NCBI RefSeq assembly: GCF_004010195.1
Contig: NC_057718.1
Location: 77,940,318-78,001,047, forward strand
DNA length: 60,730 nt
From: Chiloscyllium plagiosum
Lineage: Eukaryota
Reading direction: 5' to 3'
The notes under the pieces were generated by a model. It was not told the origin of the DNA. It did not search any database and saw only the letters and a program-made list of their open reading frames with translations. How positions within the stretch are numbered: position 1 is the first letter of the stretch; every line of letters starts with the position of its first letter. The translations under genes and the position numbers were made by a program. This document shows positions 12,914 to 24,989 of the stretch, piece after piece.

Positions 12914-13789
12914 TGGTGTTAGGCCTAACTTGGGCAATGGAATCTGAAGATCACCTGTTGCTCTCCATCAGTTGATGCATTGGTGATCAATGGCACTTAA
13001 GGTTACTAGCACCACTACAGGATAAGCTTGTTGAATCCCAAAGGGCGCATTTACAAGACTAGGCCCATGTCAAATGGTGAGAGAAGCTAACCAAGGGATA
13101 AAATGTAACTTTGCCTTATCGCCAGTCTACCTGTTTCAAATTGACTTAACAGTGACTAAGTGGTAGAAGTGACCACTGTGCAGTCATTGTGAAAGCCAAG
13201 TCTGTCATATTGAGGACACCCTCAATTGTTTTTGTGTGATAGTAGGCATTTTTAATCAACCTGATCAGACTTAGGAAAGATAGACTTAGGGTAGATATCT
13301 GTCGCAGGAGGAACTTGGACCTTCTGGCCCAGAGTTAGGGACACTACCACTGTACCACAACATTGTGTTAATTGAATAGTCTTAGGAGAATTTAGCGGTT
13401 GAGAATTTTGAAAAATGTACTGGAGGTCATCATGAAGGCCAGAACGGCCTGATGTATACTTTTTAATTAATTTATGGAATGTGGATTTTGCTGGGTAGAC
13501 CAGCATTTATTGCACATATCTAAGTGCACTTGAGAAGGTAGTGGTGAGTTATTTGCTACAGCAGTCTGTATGATCTGGTACACAAGTGATTTTAGTAAGG
13601 GAGTTCAAGGACTTCAACCCAGTGACATTTAAGTGCTAAAGCAGCGTTACACGTAGCAAAATTTGGACAAGCATTCGGTCTTGGGCTGATAGGCAGATAA
13701 AGTTCAGGTTGCACAAATATGAGGGGGGAATGGCTTGCAACATGATCTTTAACTATACTCTAAAAGATGAGGTTGAAGCATTCGCAATC

Positions 13790-15350
13790 ATTAGCCAGAA
13801 GTGCCGATAGGTGATCCATCTCTTTCCTGTAAGGAGCCCTAGCATTACAGATTTAAGTTTTCAGCTAATTGGGTTCATTCCATATGGTATCATGAAATGA
13901 TTGGAGGTGCTGGATACTGCAGAGGCTCTGGATCCTGACTGTATTATGAGGAGGGAAGGTCATTGGTGAAGCAGCTGATGTTCGGACCTAGAACACTTCC
14001 GAGGAACAGCAATAGCACTGAAGCCTTATGCTGTAGAACTTTCTGCACCCCAAGCCAAGCTGTTCCAATGCAGCTACAACACTGGCATTCACTCAACTGT
14101 GTGGTAAATTTGACCCGGTATGTTCTGTACACTAAACTGGTTAAATCCAATCCAGTTAATTACCATTCCATCGTTTTACTTTTGATCATCAGTAAAGTGA
14201 TGGAAGGTGCCATCAATAGTGCTATCAAGCATCACTTTCTTAGCAATAACTTGCTCACTGATGCCAATTTGGGTTCTGTCATGGCCACCTATCTCCTGAC
14301 CTCACCTCACAGCCAAGGACAAACATGGACAAAAGTGGTAATTCCAGAGGTGAGGTGAGTGTGGTATTGAGGAGTCCAAGTGAAACAACTCGGGAATCAG
14401 GATGAAAACTTTCTGCTTTTTGTAGTTGTACTTGATGTAATTGAGATGGTATGGTCATTGGAGTTCAGTAACGGGGCATATCTGCAGGAGTTCCTCGGAA
14501 GTGTTCTAGGTCCGAACATCAGCTGTTTCACCAATGACCTTCCCTCCTCATAATATCAGAAGTGGGGATGTTCAGCATCATTCTCAACTCTTCAGATACT
14601 GAAGCAGCCGCGTCCAAATGTAGCAAGGCCTGAACAAACGGCTGGACTTAGGCTGAAAAGTAGCAAGTAACATTTGCACCACATAAATTACCATCTCCAG
14701 CAAGAATGAATCTAGCACCTGTCCCTTGAATTCAATGGTTTTACCGTCACTGAATCCTCAACTATCAACATCCTGGGGGTTACCATTGGCAGAAAATGAA
14801 CCAGGCTAGCCATCTAAATACAATGGCTACAAGAGCAGGTCAGAGACTAGGAATCCTGCAGCAAGTAATCATCTCCTGACTACCCAAAATCCTGTCCTCC
14901 ACCTACAAAGCACAAATCAGGCGTATGATGGAATTCTGTCCACTCGTGTGGATAAGCGCATCTCCAAAAATACTTGAAGCATGGCACCGTCCAGGACACA
15001 GCACGCTTGTTTGGCAATACACCCATAGCAACAGTGTATTCCATCTCCAAGATGCACTACAGAAATTCACCAAGGCTTCTCAGTACCTTCTATACTCACA
15101 GTCACATCTACAGGGACAAGGGAGGCAGATATATGGAAACACCACCACATCCAAGTTCCCTGCCAGGCCATAGCTTGGAAATATATTTGGCTCAAAATCT
15201 TGGAACTACCTCCTTAACAACATTGTGGTTCTACCTACAGTCAGTGATTCAACAAAGCAGCTCACTGCCATCATCTCAAGGGCACCTAGGGGTGGGCAAT
15301 AAATACTAGCCTAACCAGTGACACTCTTATCTCTTAAATGAATTGTAAAA
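13790..15350 (+). mobile_element. Decayed CR1-clade LINE RT and 3' end
   Basis: ORF 13963..14358 KSNPVNYHSIVLLLIISKVMEG; GVPxGSVLGP-like at about 14487; tail gggcaataaatactagcctaaccagtgacac. Confidence 0.75.
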
Positions 15351-15793
15351 AGAAGCCTGCTGAATCCCCACTTTCAATATCCAGGTGTTCAGCATTGACT
15401 AGAATCTTAATTGAACAGTTCTGAAAATACTGTGGCTGTCAGAGTCCATCAAAAGCTGGGTATTCTGTGATGGACTCCCCTAATTCCCCAGATCCTTTCT
15501 ACCAATTGCATCTTTGGAGTAAACTTCAGAATGTAGGGAGAAGGTAAACTACAGATCCTCCAAAACCTATGGTGATCGCTACCTAGGAAGAAATATTAGC
15601 TGCATAAGAACATCACTATCTACAAGTCATCTGGATTGAACTAGTATTGCTGTTACTGCTTCCATGAAATACATGGAAACTCCTACCTGAGGACCATAGG
15701 TGTATCAATGTCAAATGATCTGCAGCAATTCCAGAATGCTGATCAATGCCGCATTGAGGGCAGTTGTTGATGGTCTTGAATCATGAATAAATA

Positions 15794-16004
15794 CGGTCAG
15801 TTCTGCTATAACTCAGCAGTTCCATTCTTGTGTAATGCCATATTATAAGAAAGTTGTGTAATAGCAGCAGCATGTAAGTTAATGTAGCAGGAATTACGTT
15901 ATAGCCAATGCACACTTGAAAACTTAGAAACAGTGTCCCCAATTCATCAATCATGTTATAGCGGATTCATGTTAATGAAACGTGCGTTATAGAAGAACAA
16001 CCTG
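15794..16004. mobile_element. Complete TA-flanked MITE (pogo/Tigger-like)
   Basis: TA|CGGTCAGTTCTGCTATAAC ... GTTATAGAAGAACAACCTG|TA imperfect TIRs; related partial copies at about 6666 and 50597-50780. Confidence 0.75.
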
Positions 16005-17930
16005 TAAGCAGAAATCAGTGCAGATGGTTAAGCCTATTTCATTCCTGTTTGCTCTAAGAGTTGTTTGCCCCTCTCCTCTCTCCCCCCACCCAGTTGAGTT
16101 TATTGGTATGAAGTTTGTTAAATTGTTTCAAATGTTCCCCAGTATAATTATTTTCTTTGCTGATCTCAGATCATTCTTCTATATGCTTACGTGTACTTTT
16201 GCAACCTGCTATCTTAGGATTCTGAAGTTGTTAAAACTGTCACATTACTCATCGCATAAGTATTTTCTACCATGAAGAAGTTCTAAGTTTTTAAAAAAAA
16301 TGACAATGCAATTCATTGCACTGTGAAATATAATTCTGTAATGGTCACAGACAAATTACAAATTTTTGCTTTGTATTAACAAAGCTAAAGATGTCTTTGG
16401 GAATTTGATTGATCCTCTGGATCAACTAAAAACCAAAGCATATGTAAAATTGCATGGCCTGGAAGAAAATGAATTTGAATCCTGAACACAGTTTTGTAAT
16501 GTTAGGTATTGATTCTGATGTTAGCAATCCGGAAAAGTTAATTAATTTTCTTCTCTTTCATCCGTGCCCTAGTAATTTGGTACTCGTATGCACATCTGTT
16601 GCAGTCTTGTTTAGCATTTAGAAAAATAAAAAACAATTATACTTGAATAGAAATAAAATTCCTCTTTGGAAAGCAGAATAAAGGGACAGACTTGCATTTC
16701 ATTTCAGCAAGACTCGTGTAACCTCAAAATTCATCTTTTGACATTCTGTAAAACCATGGTTTGAGTTAACTCTATTCTGTATCCTGTGTTTCATAGGGAA
16801 AATTTTTGTAGTGCCTTAATCTGTCTGATCATGCTGTGAATCTGTTTCTTGTTTTGATGCACTTAACTGAAATTAGAAAACTACAGTAGTAGGAAAGGAA
16901 CTGATAGTGATGAGGCATGCTGCAGTAGGTGGGAGTGTACTCATGGGATAAAAATACTGACATAGGCATGTTGATGCAAAGAACAGAATAATTTAAATTC
17001 TGGCAGAACATGTGAATTATTCCTAAACTACCCAATGTAATCAACTAAACATTTCAAACTACAGGTCAAAGATAACTTCGCCACCTACTTCAAGCTTTGA
17101 TGTACACCTGAATTTGACAGATTCATTACAGGGATTGAGGAGGCTAATAAATTCTCAAAGTATACAAATATTTATGCCACCTTATTATTTATGGATTATT
17201 TATAGATAAATGATTCGCATGCACCTAAAGCTGTGCATGCAGGTTGGAAATTACCTTTAAGTGTAATTGTCCTAATTTCTGCTCTCTCCAGGGCTAATTT
17301 TAATTAGTCTCTTTAAAAATTCCTCTGCATGTAATCATTAAACAATGTGGGATATCTTTACATGGAACATGAACAAGTTGCTGGTTCTTTGACTGGAATT
17401 GTTAAATAAAAATATCAATGAGTAGAGCAGGATTGTACTGAGTGTGAGTCAATTCATCTTGCATGCAGTTTTTAACAAAATTGGATCTTCAGTAGTGGCT
17501 GTGTCTTTAGACAAGCATGTAGAAATGGTGTTAAGCATAGTGTGTAACTGTTTGAGTGCCCTTAACCATTGCCTATTGAGGAGTCTGTAGCAGAAGCATT
17601 CAGTCTGTCAGTCATCTGTATAGTTCTTGTCACATTAAATTACTGAGGGTTCCGGGGTATATTGTGCCTGATAAATGACAAAACAACCAACTTGTTACAA
17701 TATTTTTGTACCATGTCCAAGATTGTCTCAAAGTTACATTATTACAGGTTGCGAGTGTAATGAGTTTTGATTTTCTTGAGCCAAACTAAAAATGTCTGGC
17801 ATTTATAGAAGGTTTCCTTGTGCACAACAGCTGCTTCCATTTAAATTTTAGAAGTTCATGAGACTGCTTAGCTGCTAAATTAGGCTTGCTTAATCTGGTA
17901 GCGACAACGCTTGTAGTGATCCTTTAATGT

Positions 17931-18055
17931 TATAGAGTCATAGAGATGAACAGCATGGAAACAGACCCTTCAGTCCGACTCGTCCATGCTGACCAGATAT
18001 CCCAACCCAATCTAGTCCCACCTGCCAGCACCGGCCCATAACCCTCAAACCCTTT
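17931..18055 (-). mobile_element. Short CR1 3'-end fragment
   Basis: tatagagtcatagagatgaacagcatggaaacagacccttcagtcc is the reversed CR1 tail. Confidence 0.8.
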
Positions 18056-18613
18056 GCCTGGTTATCTTTGTAACTGGAGGGGGTTAAATCCTTAATGGTC
18101 TTTAAATTTGGTGGCTTCCTATCAGTTAGAACTTGTAATAGGTATGAAAGTTTGTTGTGGCATGTTATGATAGTTTTTACATCAGTATCACTGAATTATT
18201 ATACCATTGTACCTAAATATTAAAACTGGCAGTGTGCTTGCACTCTTAGATTTGCACAGACAAAATTCCCTCCATGTATCTAACAAGTGTTATAGTTCTT
18301 GCATGTGCACATCTAGTGAGTATGACACTAGCTTTCTGTAATAATATTACTGCCACACTGACTCAGAACAAATGTATCGAATTAATACTCAGGTCATGGG
18401 GCAAGTAAAGTCAAAAATGAGATAAAAGTTGCACAATTGTTAATGAGAAGCTACTAAGTTTTTATCAAAGCAGCAAAGCCTAAAAGGGGAATAGACTGTA
18501 AGTTATAAGAGCAAGATTCACCCATTTGGCTTACTGTGTTTGATATACAGGAAGTATGAAGGCAAGATGAACAAACTTTGAATCCAACAGGATATATTGA
18601 TTGCATATAGAAA

Positions 18614-19218
18614 AAAATTATGTTGAAATATTTAACTGCAGGCATTTGACACAGACAGTAAATTAATGTTAGTATTTCAGTTTTGAATAATGATTGAATA
18701 GAAGGTGGATAGGAAACGTTTGAAATGGAAAGATTGTATACTTATCTGATAAAATGAAATTACTGTACGAAAAACAAAATAATAGCCTGGTTGCTGTCTT
18801 TGTTAAGAAAGTGAGGTCTGCAGATGCTGGAGATCAGAGCTGAAAATGTCGCTGGAAAAGCGCAGCAGGTCAGGCAGCATCCAGGGAACAGGAGAATCGA
18901 CGTTTCGGGCATAAGCCCTTCTTCAGAAACGTCGATTCTCCTGTTCCCTGGATGCTGCCTGACCTGCTGCGCTTTTCCAGCGACATTTTCAGCTCTGATC
19001 TCCAGCATCTGCAGACCTCACTTTCTTAACAAAGACAGCAACCAGGCTATTATTTTGTTTTTCGTACAGTAATTTCATTTTATCAGATAAGTATACAATC
19101 TTTCCATTTCAAACGTTTCCTATCCACCTTCTATTCAATCATTATTCAAAACTGAAATACTAACATTAATTTACTGTCTGTGTCAAATGCCTGCAGTTAA
19201 ATATTTCAACATAATTTT
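18614..19218. repeat. Perfect 293-bp inverted repeat, 19-nt spacer
   Basis: 18614-18906 is the reverse complement of 18926-19218 with no mismatch found by eye; mirrored ORFs 18824..19072(+) and 18760..19008(-). Confidence 0.97.
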
Positions 19219-19385
19219 ATTGCCCTCCCCAATGTGATTTTTTTTGGTGGCCTCTAGACAATACAGAGAGACGACGGCTTCTTAGAATTCCTAATTTCCA
19301 CCCTGATGTTGTCCTTGAATACCAGAGCAACACCATCTCCCTTCCTTCCTGTCTGCCCTTCCTTTTCCAGCAACACATTTTCAGC
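18806..19385. mobile_element. Rearranged Penelope terminal mini-element with 14-bp TSD
   Basis: TGCTGTCTTTGTTA at 18792-18805 and 19386-19399; PLE terminal sequence at 18806-18925 and 19362-19385. Confidence 0.8.
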
Positions 19386-19689
19386 TGCTGTCTTTGTTAT
19401 AATGACAAGGTTTGTATTTTTAGGTGTGAATTGATGTAAGGGGCTGATGGTGGTGGAGCAAGGGCCCAAGGGAGAGGATGCAGGAGGTATCATGTGATCT
19501 AGATTAACCCAGTTCATTGGTTGAGTAGACTGTTGGTCAGGAATGTTCATGTACTAGATTGGCTATTTTGCCAACTACCAGAAGAGGCCAACCATCCTGA
19601 ATTGACAGGCGATCATTGACCAGGGAGTGCCAAATTCCCCAGTCCCTCCTTTCTGCCTCATCGTTTGTTACATTTCTTGGTATTGTGAA

Positions 19690-22650
19690 GGTGTGCACTT
19701 TTTTCAGACCTGGCTGGAGAGTGTGTTTTGGAACAGGAGGGACCTGTACCGATGGGGCAGTCTCTACCGGAACTGATTTGGAACCGGAGTTCTAGTGAAA
19801 AGGATAAATAGGGTGGTCACTAGGACTATAAACTAGAGGAAAAGACAGGAAGTATGATGATAAGTAAAAAGGTAAGCAGCAGGTTAGCATGTGTGCAGGA
19901 GGGTTTAAGTACAAGGCAGAAGTAAAAAAGGAAGGATAACTCAGGAGATATTATTAGGATGGTCACAACTGGAAGTTAAATATCCAGGGGGTAGTCTTGT
20001 ATTAGGAAGGGCAGACAGGAAGGAAGGGAGATGGTGTTGCTCTGGTATTCAAGGACAACATCAGGGTGGAAATTAGGAATTCTAAGAAGCCGTCGTCTCT
20101 CTGTATTGTCTAGAGGCCACCAAAAAAATATCACATTGGGGAGGGCAATAAACAAAGAAATAACTAATGTCTGTAAAAATGATGTGGCAGTTATGGGGGA
20201 TTTTGATGTACATGTCAATTAGTCGAGCCAGCTCGGTCAGAGTAGCCTTAAGAGTTTGTTGAGTGTATTCGCAATAGTTTTCTTTAACAGTATGTAATGG
20301 AACCGACGAGGGAGCAAGCTATCCTAGATCTGGTCCTGTGCAGTGAGACAGGAATAATTAATGACCTCATAGTTAGGGATCCACTTGGAAGGAGCGATCA
20401 TAATATGGTTGAATTTAGAAAATAGATGGAGAGTGTGAAGATAAAATGCAATACCAGGGTTTTGTGCTTAAACACGGGAGACTACAATAAGATTAGGGAG
20501 GACTTAAGTAGACTGGGAACAAAGATTTTATGTGGGATAGTTGACGAGCAGTGGAGGACTTTCAAAGCAATGTTGCAAAGTGCTCAGCTAAAGTATATTC
20601 CAGTGAAAAGGAAGGACTGTAAGAAAAGGGTCATCTGCCATGGGTGTCTAAGAAATAAGGGAGGCTGTCAAAATGAAAGAGAAGGCATTCAAAGTAGCCA
20701 AGATCAGCGGGAAACTAGAAGATTGGGAAAATTTTAAAGGTCAACAGAAAGTTATAAAAAGAGCTATAAAGAAAAGTAAAAGAGAACATGAGGAAAAACT
20801 AGCACAGAATGTAAAGACAGATAGCAAAAGTTTCTATAAATGTATAAAATGAAAAAGAGTAGCTAAATTAAACGTTAGTCCTTCAGAGGATGAGAGCGGG
20901 CATATAATTATGGGATGTACTGAAATGACCGAGGCATTGAATAAGTATTTTGTTCGTCTTCACAGTGGAGACTAGTAACATGCCAGTAATTGACAGAGAC
21001 TAAGGTAGTTGAGGACCTAGAAACAATCATTATTATAGAAAAGGTAGTGTTGGGCAAGTTAATGAAGCTAAGGATAGACAAGTCCCCTGGCCCTGATGGA
21101 ATGCATCCCAGGGTATTAAGAGATGGTCCGAGAAATAGCAAGTGCACTTGTGGTAATTTTGCAAAACTCGCTGGACTCTGGGGCAGTTCCAGCAGATTGG
21201 AAAGCAGCAAAGGACCAGATCTAGGATAGCTTGCTCCCTCGCCGGTTCCATTACATTTAAAAAGGGAGTTAGACAAAAGATGAAGAATTATATATTGGTT
21301 AGCTTAACTCTTATAGTGGGAAAATGCTTGAGTCTGTTATAAAGGAAGAAATAGCAAGGCATCTAGATAGAAATTGTCCTGTTGGACATTTGCAGCATGG
21401 ATTCACGAAGGACAGGTCATGCTTAACTAATCTTTTGGAATTCTATGAAGACATTACGAGCAAGGTGGACAAAAGGAACCCAGTAGATGTGGTGTACCTA
21501 GATTTCCAAAAGGCCTTCAACAAGGTGCCACACAAGGGGACTGCTGCTTAAGATAAAGATGCATGGCATTATGGGTGAAGTATTAGCGTGGATAGAGGAT
21601 TAGTTGACTAACTGGAAGCAAACATTGGGGAAAGATGAGTGCTATTCTGGTTGGCAATCAAACTACTGGTGTGTCTCAGGGATCAGTGTTGGGACTGCAA
21701 TTATTCACAATTTATATAGATGATTTGGAGTTGGGGACCTTGTGTAGAGAATCAAAGTTTGCAAGTGACACTAAGGTAAGTTGCAGAGCAAAGTGTGCAG
21801 AAGATTGAGAAACTTTGCAGAGGAACATTGATATTTTAAGTGAATGAGCAATGGTCTGGCAGATGGAATGTAATGTTAATAAATGTGAAGTCATCCATTT
21901 TAGTTGGAGTAACAGTAAAAACGATTATTACTTGGTTAAAAAGTTGCAGAATGCTGCTATGCAGAGGGACCTGGATGTCATTGTGCATGAATCAGAGGGT
22001 GGTCTGCAGGTACAAGTAATTAGAAAGACAAATGGAATTTAGTCCTTCATTGCTAAAGGGATTGAGTTGAAAAGCAGGGAGGTTATGTTGCAGCTGTACA
22101 GGGTGCTGGTGAGACCACACCTGGAGCATTGCGTACAGTTTTGGTCTCCTTACTTGAGAAAGGATTTCCTGCACTAGAGGTGCAGAGAAAGGTCACTGGG
22201 TTGATTCTGGAGTTGAGGGTGTTGGCTTATGAGAAGACACTGAGTAGACTGGGATTATATTAATTGGATTTTAGAAGAGTGAGTGGGGATCTTATGGAGA
22301 CATATAAAATTATGAAGGGAATAGATAACGTATACGTAGAGAGGATGTTTTAACTAGGGCAAGAGGGCATAGCCTCAAAATTAGAGGGAGCAGATTTAGG
22401 ACTGAATTGAGAAGGAACTTCACCCAGAGGGTTGTAAATCTATGGAATTCCCTGCCCAGTGAAGTAGTTGACACTGTTTCAATAAATGTTTTTAAAGCTA
22501 AGAGACATTTTTGAACAATAAAAGAATTAAGGGATACGGTGAGAGGGCGGGTAAGTGGAGCTGAGTCCATGAAAAGTTCAGCCATGATCTTATTGAATGG
22601 CAGAGTAGGCTCAAAGAGCCAGAGGGCTTACTTCTCCTTGTTCTTAGGTA
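19690..22650 (+). mobile_element. Long decayed CR1 LINE (ORF1 end, ORF2, 3' UTR)
   Basis: ORF1 esterase-like end about 19730-19836; MGDF; EPTREQAILDLVLC at about 20300; KSPGPDGMHPRVL; YLDFQKAFNKVPH; CR1 3' tail. Confidence 0.88.
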
Positions 22651-24989
22651 AATTGTCTTGTGCCTTCACCTTAGTTTTATCTCCCCAAAGCCCTTCCTGA
22701 CCACCTCCCTTGCTATTGTCTTGGTTCCACTTTGAAAGGTGTTATTTTGACAGGCATAGTTGATGCACAAGGTAAGGTAAAGCACTCTTTCTACACAAGG
22801 CTCTTCCCAACCTCCTCCTTCAGTGGTATGACAGTACCTGATGACTTCCTTCAGTGGTGCAGTTCTGTTTCCACTCTGCCAGCTCTTTGGTTTATGCATT
22901 CCCTCTCACAACCTCAAAAGAACTTCTGTCAGCTACAATGGATTTAAGGTTTTGTAGTCATTGTTACACAAGGAATTCTGACACCTAGTTTGTATTTTGT
23001 AAGCAGAAATGACAATATGCTGGGAGTGAAATTGGATTTTTGGGTGCTATGGGGCCCCATAAAGTTCTGAAATGGAGATTGCTGCACATGCAACATGAGC
23101 ATAGGTTCAGGTGTGAAACTTTGAAGAATTTTAATGCAGTGTTTTTTTCTCCCCCAGTTTAGCAATTCATAAAAATATCAATGTAGAAAGATATTTGGCA
23201 CAGGAGAAGATCATTTGGTTATCCCACTTGCTAAAAATGATTTATCCAGGATTATTCTTTTCTTGGTCTGTAGTGCTCTGGATTATGGCACCTCAATTAG
23301 ACATGTTTTAAACAGTGAATTAGGCATTTTATGTATCTCACCCTTTTCAGGCAGAGAGCTTCAGATTCCATCTGTATCTGGTTTAAAAAAAAATTGTCAC
23401 CTCAACTCCTCTTAATTCTTTCACTATGTACTTTAAAGCTCTCATTATTGACCCCTCTGCTAACAAAAATTCCTCTCCACTCTGTCTAGGCCTTCTATAA
23501 TTTTAGACTCCAATCCAAATTTCTCCATTCTTATTCCTGTCACGAAAACAAACCCAAAGCCAGCCATTTTTATACAGCTCTGGTTCACATTCTTGATCTT
23601 GTACTTTAGGCCTCATCTAATCAAGGAAAGATCCCATATTCCACCTTGACTACCTTTTTGGCTTGTCCTGCCACATTTGAGATCTGTGGACATAAATTCC
23701 ATGATTCCTGTATTTATCTGAACTTCTCAGGAACTTGTCGTACACTATATTTTTCCTTCTGTACCCAGTCAAAATGAATTACTGCATATTTCTAGTTAAT
23801 CTATGCCCATTTTTTTCTGCCACCTGACCAATCAATTGATATCTTCCTGCAGTTTACAGCTTTGTTCCTCATCAGCCATTTGGTCAAGTTTCGTTTCATT
23901 GTTCTTAATCATTTCTCTGTACATTTGACTGATTTAAGGCCATATATTCTATGCAGTTCCTATTCTGTTCTAGGTCTTCCTAAAGAAGCTGTTATCTGAC
24001 ACGGCTTTTATTTTATCTTCTCCAGCTCCATATGCTCTTTTGACATCTGGAAAAATTATATAGATTTCTTCTTTCGGGGAACATGTTTTTTTTCCCCATA
24101 CTCTTAATTTCCTTCTCAAGCTCCTGTACTCCCTTATACGTACTTTTGTTTTCAATCAACTTTTGCCAGAACACATCTCAGTAACAGCATTTTGAAATGG
24201 AGAAGGGAGGCAATATTATTTCTTCCAATCTGATTTCTGCTTCAGGGTTGCTAGTTTTGTGTTTGTCACTTGTATTTGCCATTACTTTGTCTGTAATAAA
24301 TGCATAAAACAACTGCTTTTTGCTGATGGAAACCAGATTAGTTTTTATTCACTCTTCATAGCTTAAAGCTCCAAATTTGAGTTATTCTAAATGTTTGCTT
24401 GTGAACAGTGTTCATCACAACTGTTTTCATAGTATGAATTGTGGTAATTTGAAAACTGCATTGTTTTTGTTTCATCTTTTAGCTTTGTTCACAAATTAGA
24501 ACTCATGTTCTCATCCAGTATTTCCTAGATGTTTAAGTTATCGAGGGATATGGGGAAGGTACAGGATAATGGCATTGAGGTTGAATTTATTCAGCTCAGA
24601 TTTCCTTTGTTCCTGATGTGTTGGATGCCATGTTAATGAGTCATTAGTGAAAAACTCCTAATGTTTCCTGAAAATATGCAAAGTAAATTTTTTTGAAATA
24701 CGTGGAAGCTATGATTGAGCAGAGAGATAAAAGTAAAGAAAGTTGGGTGAATGCTAAAAAGAGGAAAAACTAACGTGTGATAGAGAGTTGGCTGAAGTGA
24801 TGGAGGGTGGCTTGAAAACTGGAGCATTAGCAGGGTCCATAATTTCTCTAACTGGTCGTGGGTGAAGGCTGTAGAGCAAGAATTTTACTTTTTTTAAATA
24901 AAAAATTCTTTCACATGGACATTCACATTCCAGTATATGTTGTCCATTCTTAATTGCCCTTGAGGGTGCTGAAGAACTACCTTCAATTA

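Noticed and set aside
17275..17310. Strong-looking acceptor tttctgctctctccag
   Set aside because: Followed at once by stop-rich AT sequence with no nearby donor seen.
18760..19072. Twin 82-aa ORFs on opposite strands (MLEIRAENVAGK...)
   Set aside because: By-product of the palindrome and PLE terminal sequence; no evidence of a gene.
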